36,508 nucleotides of DNA, from assembly GCA_964493225.1 (NCBI GenBank), contig CAZBOC010000001.1:12107-48614 (forward strand), in the 5' to 3' direction. Every line of letters begins with the position of its first letter. Position 1 is the first letter of the stretch. The DNA is from an uncultured Caulobacterales bacterium (lineage in GTDB: Bacteria; Pseudomonadota; Alphaproteobacteria; Caulobacterales; Parvularculaceae). The notes under the pieces are model-generated. The model saw only the letters and a program-made list of their open reading frames with translations. It ran no database searches and had not been told where the DNA came from. The position numbers were made by a program, and so were the translations under genes. Shown here piece by piece: positions 1 to 8,341 of the stretch.

Positions 1-118
1 CGGCGTCGCCGAAGCCGTTCAGCATGACGTTCATGCCGGCTTCGGCGAAGCCCTTGGCAATGCCGAGGCCGATGCCGCTAGTCGATCCGGTGATGACGGC
101 GTTGCGTGCTTTTCCCAT
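1..118 (-). CDS. SDR-family dehydrogenase, N-terminal fragment (3-hydroxybutyrate dehydrogenase-like); the rest of the gene lies beyond the window start
   Basis: The reverse complement of 1-118 reads MGKARNAVITGSTSGIGLGIAKGFAEAGMNVMLNGFGDA. It has the Rossmann TGxxxGIG motif and the ...LNGFG continuation typical of BdhA-type SDRs. The ATG is at 116-118 on the minus strand. Confidence 0.6.
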   Translation of the reverse strand, partial: MGKARNAVITGSTSGIGLGIAKGFAEAGMNVMLNGFGDA

Positions 119-233
119 TACTTGGCGCTCCTTTCGTGGCCGGTGGTTGTTGCGGCGCACCATAACACCCAGCCGGTGCGCGGCAACGCTTCGCCGGCGT
201 CGCCCGGGCCAGGGGGCCGCGCGGCGGGTTCGC

Positions 234-1019
234 TCAGGCGCGCCCCGCGTCGCGCCATTCGCGGAAAACGAATCTTGCGGCCTCGCCGTCATAGTCGGGA
301 GAAACCGCTGCGAAGACGAGGGGCCGCAATTCGTTCGGATGCGGCAGGCTCGCGGGGTCTTCCCCCGGGACCGCCTGGGCGCGCATCCTGGTGCGCATCG
401 CGCCGGGATCAACCAGGGCGACGCGCACGCCGGCGATCCGCGCCTCCGCCGCGTAGGTCTTCGCAAGCATTTCAAGGCCCGCCTTGGAGGCCGCGTAGGG
501 GCCCCAGAAGGCGCGCGCGTCCTCGCCGCCGACCCGCGAGGTCAGGAAGACGACGCGCGCGGCGCCCGACGCCCGCAGAAGCGGGTCGAGCGCGCGAATG
601 AGAAGATAGTTCGCCGTAAGGTTCGTTTCGATCGCGCGCCGCCAGGCCTTGGGAGCGACGTCGGAAAGCGGCGCCAGTTCCCCGAGATCCCCGGCGGCGC
701 CAATGAGAATGTCGAGCTTGCCGAAGCGCGACGAGAGCGCGGGGCCGAGCTGTTCGATCGCCGTCTCGTCCGCGAGGTCGGCCGGAATGAGCGAAGCTGT
801 CCCGCCCGCCGCCTTGATTTCGTCGTCGAGTTCCTCAAGCGCGCCGACGGTGCGCGCGAGCGCCAGAACGTGGGCCCCGGCTTCGGCGAGCATGAGCGCG
901 CATGCGCGCCCGACGCCGCGCGAAGCCCCGGTGACGAGCGCGACCTTTCCCTTCATGTCGGGGCGCGCCGCGCCGGAAGGATCGGCCTGCGGATCGGGGG
1001 CGGACGGAGCGTTCGTCAT
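234..1019 (-). CDS. SDR-family oxidoreductase (short-chain dehydrogenase/reductase)
   Basis: ORF 234..1082. Motifs: KVALVTGASRGVGRA (TGxxxGxG) and GPYAASKAGLEML (YxxxK). The start is ambiguous. I chose the ATG at 1019 (MTNAPS...); the ATG giving MKGKVALVTG and the ORF-maximal start at 1082 are alternatives. Confidence 0.85.
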   Translation of the reverse strand: MTNAPSAPDPQADPSGAARPDMKGKVALVTGASRGVGRACALMLAEAGAHVLALARTVGALEELDDEIKAAGGTASLIPADLADETAIEQLGPALSSRFGKLDILIGAAGDLGELAPLSDVAPKAWRRAIETNLTANYLLIRALDPLLRASGAARVVFLTSRVGGEDARAFWGPYAASKAGLEMLAKTYAAEARIAGVRVALVDPGAMRTRMRAQAVPGEDPASLPHPNELRPLVFAAVSPDYDGEAARFVFREWRDAGRA

Positions 1020-1078
1020 GGCTGTACGGGTTACGCCGGAACGGCGCGCGCCGCAACGTGCGCGCTCCGCCTCGGGGC

Positions 1079-1975
1079 TCATTCTTCTGGGAGCGGGATA
1101 AACTCCTCCTCGCCCGCGGGCAGGCCGAAAAGTCCTTCGCGGGAGGGCGCCGCCGTCGCCGCGCGCCAGTCGGACTTGGCCTTTTCAATCCGCTCCCTTG
1201 AGGATGAGACGAGGTTCCACCAGATGCGCCGCGGGCCGAGAGGCGCACCCCCCAGAAGCATCGCCCGCGCAGGCTCGAGCGCTTCGATCTCGCAGGCGGC
1301 GCCCTGCTCCAGGACGATCATTTTTTGCGGGCCGGTCTCAACGCCGTTGATCTTCAGCCGTCCGGTCAATCCGTATAGGGCGCGATCCGCGTGCTCGTCG
1401 GGCATGGGAATGGCGGCGCCGGGCTGCGCCTCGACGGCGACATAGAAGATCGGCGAGAAGGTCTTCACCGGCGACGCGGCGCCGAAGGCTTCCCCGGCTA
1501 TGAGGCGAAGGCGCGCGCCGCCGCGGTCGATGACGGGGAGCGTATCCGCTCCATGGTGGTGAAACGCAGGGTCGGTTTCTTCATCGGCCTCGGGCAGCGC
1601 AACCCAGCTCTGTACGCCATGCATCGTCTGGCCCGCGCGACGGGGCTCTTCGGCTGTCCTTTCCGAATGGACGACGCCGCGGCCGGCCGTCATCCAGTTC
1701 ACGTCGCCGGGCCTTATGATTTGGTCGAAGCCCAGATTGTCGCGGTGGCGCAATTCGCCCTCCAAGAGATACGTGACGGTCGCCAGACCGATATGGGGGT
1801 GCGGGCGCACGTCAATTCCTTCGCCGGGCGCGAACGACGACGGGCCCATTTCGTCGAAAAAGATAAAGGGGCCGACCATGCGCCGTGTTGCGTGGGGAAG
1901 CACGCGTCCCACGGAGAAGCCGCCAAGGTCGCGTTTTCGCGGTTCGATGACGGAGGATGCGCCGGGAATGTCCAT
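1079..1975 (-). CDS. Pirin-family protein (cupin)
   Basis: 298 aa with FIFFDEMGP and the metal-binding HPHIGLATVTYLLEGELRHRD motif, plus a bicupin length typical of pirins. ATG at 1973-1975 (minus). Confidence 0.9.
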   Translation of the reverse strand: MDIPGASSVIEPRKRDLGGFSVGRVLPHATRRMVGPFIFFDEMGPSSFAPGEGIDVRPHPHIGLATVTYLLEGELRHRDNLGFDQIIRPGDVNWMTAGRGVVHSERTAEEPRRAGQTMHGVQSWVALPEADEETDPAFHHHGADTLPVIDRGGARLRLIAGEAFGAASPVKTFSPIFYVAVEAQPGAAIPMPDEHADRALYGLTGRLKINGVETGPQKMIVLEQGAACEIEALEPARAMLLGGAPLGPRRIWWNLVSSSRERIEKAKSDWRAATAAPSREGLFGLPAGEEEFIPLPEE

Positions 1976-2144
1976 AGGTTGTTTCTTCCTGCGTTCGTGC
2001 GTCTCGGGCCTCGGCTGCGGGGCGGCTGCGATGTCCGACGCTGTCGGATTTGCTGGTGTCGTACTCTATTGCATCGTTCGCCTCGGCCTGATTTTCTGTT
2101 ACGGTGGTGCGGCTTGACCCGGGGGGACCTGTTATTTTAGGACG

Positions 2145-2314
2145 CAATGGTCGTCGGTTTTCGGGCCAAGGCGCGTTAAGCTTGGTGCGGGATCGGGTGA
2201 CCGCGACGCAGTTTTCCGACCGCACCGATCAGTTCCCGGACGTGCGACTACTCTCCCCCAAGGTCGCGCTAAGGGGGTTAGGCCGCGACGCATTGCGTTG
2301 CGGCCTTTCCTTGT
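2145..2314 (+). ncRNA. Candidate small RNA (unclassified); the 5' end is only a guess
   Basis: No credible ORF in the 443-bp pirin/trmFO gap. The plus strand carries three consecutive hairpins. (1) ggtgcgg-ga-tcgg ... ccga-ccgcacc at 2184-2226. (2) gcgac/gtcgc at 2244-2267, exposing the loop uacucucccccaag (CUCCC-type anti-SD motif). (3) A 10-11 bp GC-rich stem at 2281-2305 followed by tttccttgt. TTGACC at 2114-2119 is a possible -35. Confidence 0.3.
2281..2314 (+). terminator. Rho-independent terminator-like hairpin (3' end of the candidate sRNA)
   Basis: ggccgcgacgc-att-gcgttgcggcc (10-11 bp including one G:U) followed by TTTCCTTGT on the plus strand. On the minus strand it is followed by taaccccctt, so it is not U-rich in that direction. 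Confidence 0.45.
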
Positions 2315-2418
2315 CGGAACGGGGCGCCAGATCCTCATCGTCACCAACCTCCGCTTCGTCACGGCCATTTCGGCCCGCCTCTGCGATAATACTCACGCTG
2401 TTCCGCGCGGCGCGCGAT

Positions 2419-3831
2419 CTATTCGGCGGCGCTTCTCAGGCTCGCCTCGCCCCAACGCGCCAAATCTTCCAGGGCCCTGTTGCAGTATGCGCGCTTTTTC
2501 GCGCGGCCCCTTTCCTTGCCCTTGAGGCGCCGTCCGGTCTCGTCCGTTCTCGGCGTCTCGACCGGAGGAAACAGGCCGAAATTCACGTTCATGGGCTGAA
2601 ACGCGCCAGCCGAGCCGGCGCCCGTCGAAAGGTGTCCGCCGGTGATATGCGCGAGGAGGGCCCCGAGCGCCGTCGTCGCCGGCGGCGGATCAGCCGGCGC
2701 GCCGAGCGCCTCGCCGGCGGCGAAACGGCCAGCGAGCAGGCCGATGGCCGCGCTCTCAAGGTAGCCTTCGACCCCGGTGATCTGGCCGGCGAAGCGCAAG
2801 GCGGGGCGCGATTTCAGTCGCAGCGCGCCGTCCAGAAGCTTCGGCGAGTTCAGGAACGTGTTGCGGTGAATGCCGCCTAGCCGGACGAATTCGGCCTTCT
2901 CAAGACCAGGGATCATGCGGAACACCTCCGTCTGCGCCCCGTATTTCAGCTTCGTCTGGAAGCCGACCATGTTGTACAGCGTGCCGAGGGCGTTGTCCTG
3001 GCGCAGTTGAACCACCGCGTAGGGGCGTTCGTCACGGCGGGGGTTGGCGAGGCCCACCGGCTTCATCGGTCCGAAGCGCAGCGTTTCCCGGCCTCGCTCG
3101 GCCATTACCTCGATCGGCAGGCATGCCTCGAAATAGGGCGTCGAGCGCTCCCATTCCTTGAAATCGGTTTTCTCGCCGGCGAGCAAGGCGTCAATAAAGG
3201 CGTTGTACTGATCTTCGCTTAGCGGACAGTTGATATAGTCCGCCCCGTCTCCTCCCGGGCCCTTCTTGTCGTAGCGCGATTGAAACCACGCGACTTCGAA
3301 ATCGATGCTCTCCTTGTGAACGATGGGCGCAATAGCGTCGAAGAAGGCGAGGGCGGTCTCGCCGGTCTCGGCGTGTATCGCCCGGGCCAGGGGTTCGGCG
3401 GTGAGCGGGCCAGTCGCGACGATCACGTTCGCCCAGCTCTCCGGCGGCAGCCCCGTGATCTCCTCTCGGACGATCTCGATGTTGGCGTGGCCAGCAAGCG
3501 CCCCCGTGACCGCGGCGGCGAAGCCCTCCCGGTCGACGGCCAGCGCGCCCCCGGCCGGCACCTGATTGGCGTCGGCGGCGGCCATGATCAGCGAGCCCAT
3601 GCGGCGCATCTCTTCGTGCAAAAGGCCGACGGCGTTCGATTGGAAATCGTCTGAGCGAAACGAATTGGAGCAGACGAGCTCCGCGCAGGCGTCCGTCTGG
3701 TGCGCCTGCGTCTTCCGGTGCGGGCGCATTTCGTGGATGAGGACGCGCGCGCCCCTGTTGGCGGCGGTCCATGCGGCTTCCGAGCCGGCGAGGCCGGCCC
3801 CGATAACGTGGATCAAGGGATCTTGTTTCAT
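2419..3831 (-). CDS. trmFO: Methylenetetrahydrofolate--tRNA-(uracil54-C5)-methyltransferase TrmFO
   Basis: 470 aa. N-terminal FAD fold [15 protein letters not shown], the [13 protein letters not shown] motif, and length and overall pattern of TrmFO/Gid. Confidence 0.95.
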   Translation of the reverse strand: MKQDPLIHVIGAGLAGSEAAWTAANRGARVLIHEMRPHRKTQAHQTDACAELVCSNSFRSDDFQSNAVGLLHEEMRRMGSLIMAAADANQVPAGGALAVDREGFAAAVTGALAGHANIEIVREEITGLPPESWANVIVATGPLTAEPLARAIHAETGETALAFFDAIAPIVHKESIDFEVAWFQSRYDKKGPGGDGADYINCPLSEDQYNAFIDALLAGEKTDFKEWERSTPYFEACLPIEVMAERGRETLRFGPMKPVGLANPRRDERPYAVVQLRQDNALGTLYNMVGFQTKLKYGAQTEVFRMIPGLEKAEFVRLGGIHRNTFLNSPKLLDGALRLKSRPALRFAGQITGVEGYLESAAIGLLAGRFAAGEALGAPADPPPATTALGALLAHITGGHLSTGAGSAGAFQPMNVNFGLFPPVETPRTDETGRRLKGKERGRAKKRAYCNRALEDLARWGEASLRSAAE

Positions 3832-4095
3832 GGCGCAAGTCTACGCGCTGCGAACCGCGGGGGCAAAGGCGGCTGAAGGAAGCGGTTCGCAAGGCGGCCC
3901 CGCCGCCGATTGCGCGGAACGCTTGCGCGGCAGGGGGCGCGCGTTAGAGTGAGACTTGCGGATTGGGGGCCGTGCGCTTTATCGGGAGCGATCCGACATC
4001 AGGGGCGATGGTCCGCGCCGGCCGCCGTCAAATCTCCAGACAAGGAGGAGGCCGCCGATGGAGACGGTTCCGCTTTCACCTATCGGACGGCGTCG

Positions 4096-5379
4096 ATGAC
4101 GACGCCGACAAAGACGCCGATTTTCCCGACCGCGGCGCACGCGCTTCATTTCGGCGCAGGCCGCATGGAGACGATCATCCGCGTCGCATGGCTGCCGGTC
4201 GTGCTTTTGCTGATCGTGAACATGGCGACGCTGTTCGGCTATGTCTCGGTGATGGCCGAGCGCCTCGTCACTTTCGAAGAGGCGGTGCCGACGTTCCGGG
4301 CGCTTGAACGAATCGGCGCCCAGGCGGCCGAGGCGGGCTGGGACAAGAATCCTCGCGCCATGTCCGCGATCACCGCGGCGAGCCTCTCGCTTCAGTTCAT
4401 CCTGATTTCGGCCTTCATGGCCCCGCTCATTCGCCTCGCCGGCCTTGGCGAACGCCCGGGCCCCGGCCTTTTTCGCATTCCTTTCGGCCCGGACCAGATC
4501 CGCTTCGCTCTCGCGACGATTGCGAGCTTCTTCGCCATTGGCGCGCTCGTTCTGGGACCGATGGCGCTCGTCACCGACGCAACGGCGAGCTATGTTGCGG
4601 ACGCCTTGTCTGAAACGCTCGCTTACTTCCCGGACGAGGCCAGCCTGCATACGATCGAACTGGTTACGAGGCAGGATCTGATCGCGGAAAGCGGCGCGCA
4701 GTGGATCTACGACCTCGCCATTCCCCTGAGCGTCGCCGCGCCCGTCTTCATCGCATTCTGGGGACTGTTGCTGTTTCACTTCAGGCCAACGCAATCGGGA
4801 ACGTCGGCTCGCTGGGCGGTCCGCGCCTTGTCGACTTTCGTCGGCGCGGTTCTCGTCACGGCGCTTTTCTCCGTCTACGTCACCATTTCGGCGGGACTCG
4901 CCTTTGAGCGGAGCATCGCCGGGTTCGCCTTTCTGACGGCCGCTTTCATCGCGCTCTTTTACTACCTGCAACTGCGCGCTGCGCCTTACACCGGGGTTGT
5001 CGTGTGCCGACGGTCGATGGCGCCAGGGCCAAGCCTTTCCGTCACGCGGCGATGGGACATCGTGCGCGTCCTCGCGATCATCGTTCTCCTCACCGCCCTG
5101 CTTTTCGCGATCCAGTTCGTCATCAACGAATATGTCCTTGGGCGGTGGATTGCAGCCGCCGTCAACCAAATGTACGTGGCCGCGGAGTCTTACGCGGTTC
5201 TGCTCTCGGGCGGCGACGGCGCGGGCTGGGTCCTGCCGACCTTCGCCTGGATATGGAACATCACGAAAATCCTGATCAATATTTTCTGGATGCTGTTCTC
5301 GTATGGCGTGGTCGCTGGCCTGTTCGGGGATCTCTACCGCCAGAGCGCGGGTCTCGGTCCCGGGGCGGCCGCCGTTTGA
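4096..5379 (+). CDS. Polytopic inner-membrane protein, function unknown
   Basis: In-frame ATG at 4096 (MTTPTKTPIF...) within ORF 3910..5379. About 8-10 hydrophobic helices (e.g. VAWLPVVLLLIVNMATLFGYV, VFIAFWGLLLFHF, VLAIIVLLTALLFAIQFVI). No catalytic motif recognised. Confidence 0.7.
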   Translation: MTTPTKTPIFPTAAHALHFGAGRMETIIRVAWLPVVLLLIVNMATLFGYVSVMAERLVTFEEAVPTFRALERIGAQAAEAGWDKNPRAMSAITAASLSLQFILISAFMAPLIRLAGLGERPGPGLFRIPFGPDQIRFALATIASFFAIGALVLGPMALVTDATASYVADALSETLAYFPDEASLHTIELVTRQDLIAESGAQWIYDLAIPLSVAAPVFIAFWGLLLFHFRPTQSGTSARWAVRALSTFVGAVLVTALFSVYVTISAGLAFERSIAGFAFLTAAFIALFYYLQLRAAPYTGVVVCRRSMAPGPSLSVTRRWDIVRVLAIIVLLTALLFAIQFVINEYVLGRWIAAAVNQMYVAAESYAVLLSGGDGAGWVLPTFAWIWNITKILINIFWMLFSYGVVAGLFGDLYRQSAGLGPGAAAV

Positions 5380-5439
5380 CGGCGCCCGCCCGCCGCGACC
5401 AGCGAGAGGCGGCTCGCGCACTGGAGCCGGAAACTCTTC

Positions 5440-5453
5440 AATAGTTAACAATT
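5440..5453. promoter_or_regulatory. AT-rich imperfect palindrome in the leader of the GTPase operon (possible operator or promoter element)
   Basis: AATAGTTAACAATT: 6 of 7 half-site positions are symmetric around GTTAAC. It is an isolated AT-rich patch in the 306-nt untranslated gap at 5380-5685. Confidence 0.2.
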
Positions 5454-5685
5454 CACCGGCCTCTCGCAGGGGCCTTACGGCTGGATCATGTTGAGACGCG
5501 CTTATAAAGGAGTATGGGTTCTGCGCTTCGCTGCGCGCCAATTGCGCCCCTTTGACGAGCGCCCCCGCGGTTCCGTCGGCGGAAGATCGTGGGGCGACGT
5601 CTGGGGATGGCGAGCGCGGCCGGGGGATCCGGAGACTGCAATCTACGAAGACGGCGGCCAAGCCGGAAGCGGGAGTCAGACAAGC

Positions 5686-7302
5686 ATGGGGAACAATATG
5701 CAGACGTCGTCCATCGTCTCGCAGCTCGGGGGCCTCGAAGACGCCTGTGCGAAGCTGACGGAGAAATTCCAGATCGACACCGTTCAGGTCGACAAGCTCC
5801 TGAGCGGCGTTCAGAATCTGAAGAAGAGCCAGGACGCGTTCATTCCCCAGATCGCATTCTGCGGCGACGCCGGGGCCGGCAAGACGACGCTTGTCAAGCA
5901 CCTCTTTCACGACCTCTGGCCCGATATCGTCAAGCTTCCGGGCGGGCCGACCGGTTCCATACCGGCGCCCATGGTCATCCGCTTCGAGCCCAAGGATCCG
6001 GGCGGCAACGGCGCGGGCGCGGCGCAATATCAGACGAATTACTTCACACGGGAAGAATATGTCGACACGGTCCTTTGGACCCTTGATAATCTTCTCGACG
6101 AGGCCGACGCCAAGACGCAACAGGCGATCGTCGAGGCCAATGCGAGCCGGACCTTTGAAGACATCAGGAAGGCGTGCGAGGCGGCGCTCGCCGTCGCCGG
6201 CGGGGACCGGCCCGCCCTGCGCAAACATTTCCGCCTCGTCGAAGAAGATTGCCGCGACGCGCAGAAACTCGAAGACGCGTTCGCGTCGTTGAAGCAACAG
6301 AATTACGTCAAGCGCCGCAATGACGCCGCCTCATTGCGCCCCGGGGAAATCGATCCCCTCAACGGCCTTGTCAAGGCGGTCACCGTTGCAGCGCCGGTCG
6401 AGGCGGACGCCATTCCGTGCGCATTTCAAATCATCGACCTGCCAGGCTTCCGCAGCGACGGCGTGCTCGCCCTCCATTACGGAACGAACTACGCCCAGCG
6501 TTACGCGGACGCTTTCGTCGCCTGCATTTCCTCGGCTGACCAGAGCATGGATGAGGAGGGCGTGCGCTATTTCAGCAAGCTTATCGGCCGCGACAGTTTT
6601 TCATCAAGCCGGGCCCGCGTCATCTACGCCCTGACGAAAGCGCTGTCGCCGAACGACGAAAAAAGCGACGTGCGCTTCAGCGAAACCCTGCTGGAGAATC
6701 TCATTTCGACCCACCACTGGACCGAACCCGGATTTTCTCCGGGCGGACAACAGGGCGTCGCGAGTGTTTTCGTGGTCGACGGGCTTGCTGGCGTTCTCCA
6801 TTCCATGCGCTCCGCCTCCGATCTTGGCAAGACTGCGCGAGAACATCTGGGGCTCGCGAGCGACGGCGAATACAAGGCGATCAAGAAGCGGTGGAATTCC
6901 GGCCGAGCCGGGCAGGACAACCAGGCCCTGAAGCTGGCGATCCTCAAATTCGTCACCTATACGATGCCTAAGGAAAATTTTCAGGCCGTGAAGTCCGCGG
7001 CGAACGATCTCGTCGCCAAATACAAGGGCATTGTCGCCGGGATCAAGCCGGAGCAGTCTACCTGGCACGCCCACGCGCTCGCCGGTCTGCAGCATGACGC
7101 GCGCGCGCGCTTCGACGAATGCGCGGCGTCGGTCGAAGGCCAACTCGACGTCCTGCACAGGACCTTGCGCCATGACATCATCGCGAAGCTGAACGCGACG
7201 CTCGCCGTCGGCAACGGCGTGGACGCCGCGCCGGAGCCGTTTCAGCCCGCGCCCGCCGGGGTCGAGCCGCCGCGCCCGGCGGCCGCCGCGGCTCAAAAAT
7301 AA
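5686..7302 (+). CDS. Dynamin-like (large) GTPase family protein
   Basis: ATG at 5686 (MGNNMQTSS...) preceded by gggag. G1/P-loop FCGDAGAGKTTLV; G2-region GPTGSIPAPMVIRF (compare dynamin G.VTRRPLVLQL); G3 CAFQIIDLPGF (dynamin LVDLPG); a degenerate G4 in RVIYALTKAL (TKxD-like). The C-terminus is helical with a Pro/Ala-rich tail. Confidence 0.75.
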   Translation: MGNNMQTSSIVSQLGGLEDACAKLTEKFQIDTVQVDKLLSGVQNLKKSQDAFIPQIAFCGDAGAGKTTLVKHLFHDLWPDIVKLPGGPTGSIPAPMVIRFEPKDPGGNGAGAAQYQTNYFTREEYVDTVLWTLDNLLDEADAKTQQAIVEANASRTFEDIRKACEAALAVAGGDRPALRKHFRLVEEDCRDAQKLEDAFASLKQQNYVKRRNDAASLRPGEIDPLNGLVKAVTVAAPVEADAIPCAFQIIDLPGFRSDGVLALHYGTNYAQRYADAFVACISSADQSMDEEGVRYFSKLIGRDSFSSSRARVIYALTKALSPNDEKSDVRFSETLLENLISTHHWTEPGFSPGGQQGVASVFVVDGLAGVLHSMRSASDLGKTAREHLGLASDGEYKAIKKRWNSGRAGQDNQALKLAILKFVTYTMPKENFQAVKSAANDLVAKYKGIVAGIKPEQSTWHAHALAGLQHDARARFDECAASVEGQLDVLHRTLRHDIIAKLNATLAVGNGVDAAPEPFQPAPAGVEPPRPAAAAAQK

Positions 7303-7360
7303 AGCCGGCGGAAGCGCCGTGTGCGCCGCAGGCCCCGCGGAAAGGTCAGGCAGGAAGAAC

Positions 7361-8323
7361 ATGTTTTCCACACGGAAGTTCATCGAACAGGAAACGGCGC
7401 GAATCAATTATCATGGTTTCGTCGACCAGAACGTGACGGGCCTCGCCGGGCGTCTCAGGCCTATGCCGCGCGAGATCGAGAACCGGATCATCTACCAGAT
7501 TAATACGAATTTTCGCCGCGCATTTCTCCACTCCCTGTCGCTGATCATCAATGACATTTTCGAACAGTTTCGCGCCGACGGGCAGGTGCAGAAAAGCATC
7601 AACCAGGTCGACGATTTCTTCACCGAGAACGGGCTCGGCGAATATCTTCTCGAGCATTATCGCGCGCAGAACATCAGCGCATTCTCGTTCTCCCAATGGT
7701 TTTACGACGTTTATCTGAACGAGATGCAGGAGAAGGTGCTGGGCGTCTCCAGCCGGCTCGCAGGGGAGACCGCGAACAGCCTGAACGAGATCTCCGACCA
7801 TCCGGACCTCAATGATCTTATTCTGCGTGAAGAGGATTTCGGCCCCGACGGCCTGCCGAAACGCTCTACGGCCGTGCGCAAGAAGCAGGACGCGCTCGCC
7901 GCCTTCTTACGGCGCGAGTATAATCAGATCATCGGCGAGAAGATCCGCGCGATCGTCGACCGCTCCGGACAGTTCTTCGCAGACCCGGTTCTTGAGGCGA
8001 TCGAAAGGCTTGTCGGCATGAAGTCGAATCTGCGCGAGCGTCTCATCCGGGTCATCGAAAACCGCCATGATCAGAAAATGAACATCTCCGGTCTGCGCCA
8101 TGCACTGCGCGACGGGCCCGAGACGAGCCATTTCGAAGACCTCGAAGTGATCGTGCTCAAGGCGCTGGGCGTTTCTGAGTATCTGCGCACGCAGCTGTCG
8201 AAGGACAAGGGCCAGGACATCAGGGCGGAACTCAACCAGTTCGCCGCGGTCGCCGACGCCGTCGCCGCCGGGATCGAAAATGAAGCACAGCGCTTTTCCG
8301 GCGCCATCGAGCGTTGGGCGTGA
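7361..8323 (+). CDS. Hypothetical protein, predicted all-helical; partner of the dynamin-like GTPase
   Basis: ATG at 7361 preceded by aggaag, 58 nt after the GTPase stop. 320 aa, rich in charged and helix-forming residues, with no recognisable motif. It has protein-like composition despite the lowest GC in the window. Confidence 0.65.
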   Translation: MFSTRKFIEQETARINYHGFVDQNVTGLAGRLRPMPREIENRIIYQINTNFRRAFLHSLSLIINDIFEQFRADGQVQKSINQVDDFFTENGLGEYLLEHYRAQNISAFSFSQWFYDVYLNEMQEKVLGVSSRLAGETANSLNEISDHPDLNDLILREEDFGPDGLPKRSTAVRKKQDALAAFLRREYNQIIGEKIRAIVDRSGQFFADPVLEAIERLVGMKSNLRERLIRVIENRHDQKMNISGLRHALRDGPETSHFEDLEVIVLKALGVSEYLRTQLSKDKGQDIRAELNQFAAVADAVAAGIENEAQRFSGAIERWA

Positions 8324-8341
8324 GGCCGGCGCCCCGCGGCG

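Noticed and set aside
24-1445. 473-aa plus-strand ORF across the window start
   Set aside because: It is antisense to the SDR and pirin genes, both of which have clear family motifs. Its composition is Arg/Ala/Gly/Pro-rich.
1976-2418. Tested the pirin/trmFO gap by eye for tmRNA, RNase P RNA, SRP RNA and cobalamin or glycine riboswitches
   Set aside because: None of the hallmarks is present: no ANDN-type tag frame or T-arm GGTTCGA, no GAGGAAAGTCC, no SRP GGAA tetraloop context, no B12 box. It is therefore reported only as an unclassified sRNA candidate.
5512-5553. 13-codon mini-ORF (MGSALRCAPIAPL) after AAGGAG in the GTPase-operon leader, considered as a leader peptide
   Set aside because: The SD-like AAGGAG is only 1 nt from the ATG, which is too close to function, and the peptide has no features. 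It is kept only as part of the leader observation.
3979-6297. 772-aa minus-strand ORF, the longest in the track
   Set aside because: It is antisense to the membrane-protein gene and to the 5' end of the GTPase gene. The product is dominated by Arg/Gly/Asp/Pro/Glu runs with no motifs. This is a typical stop-poor antisense frame in high-GC DNA.
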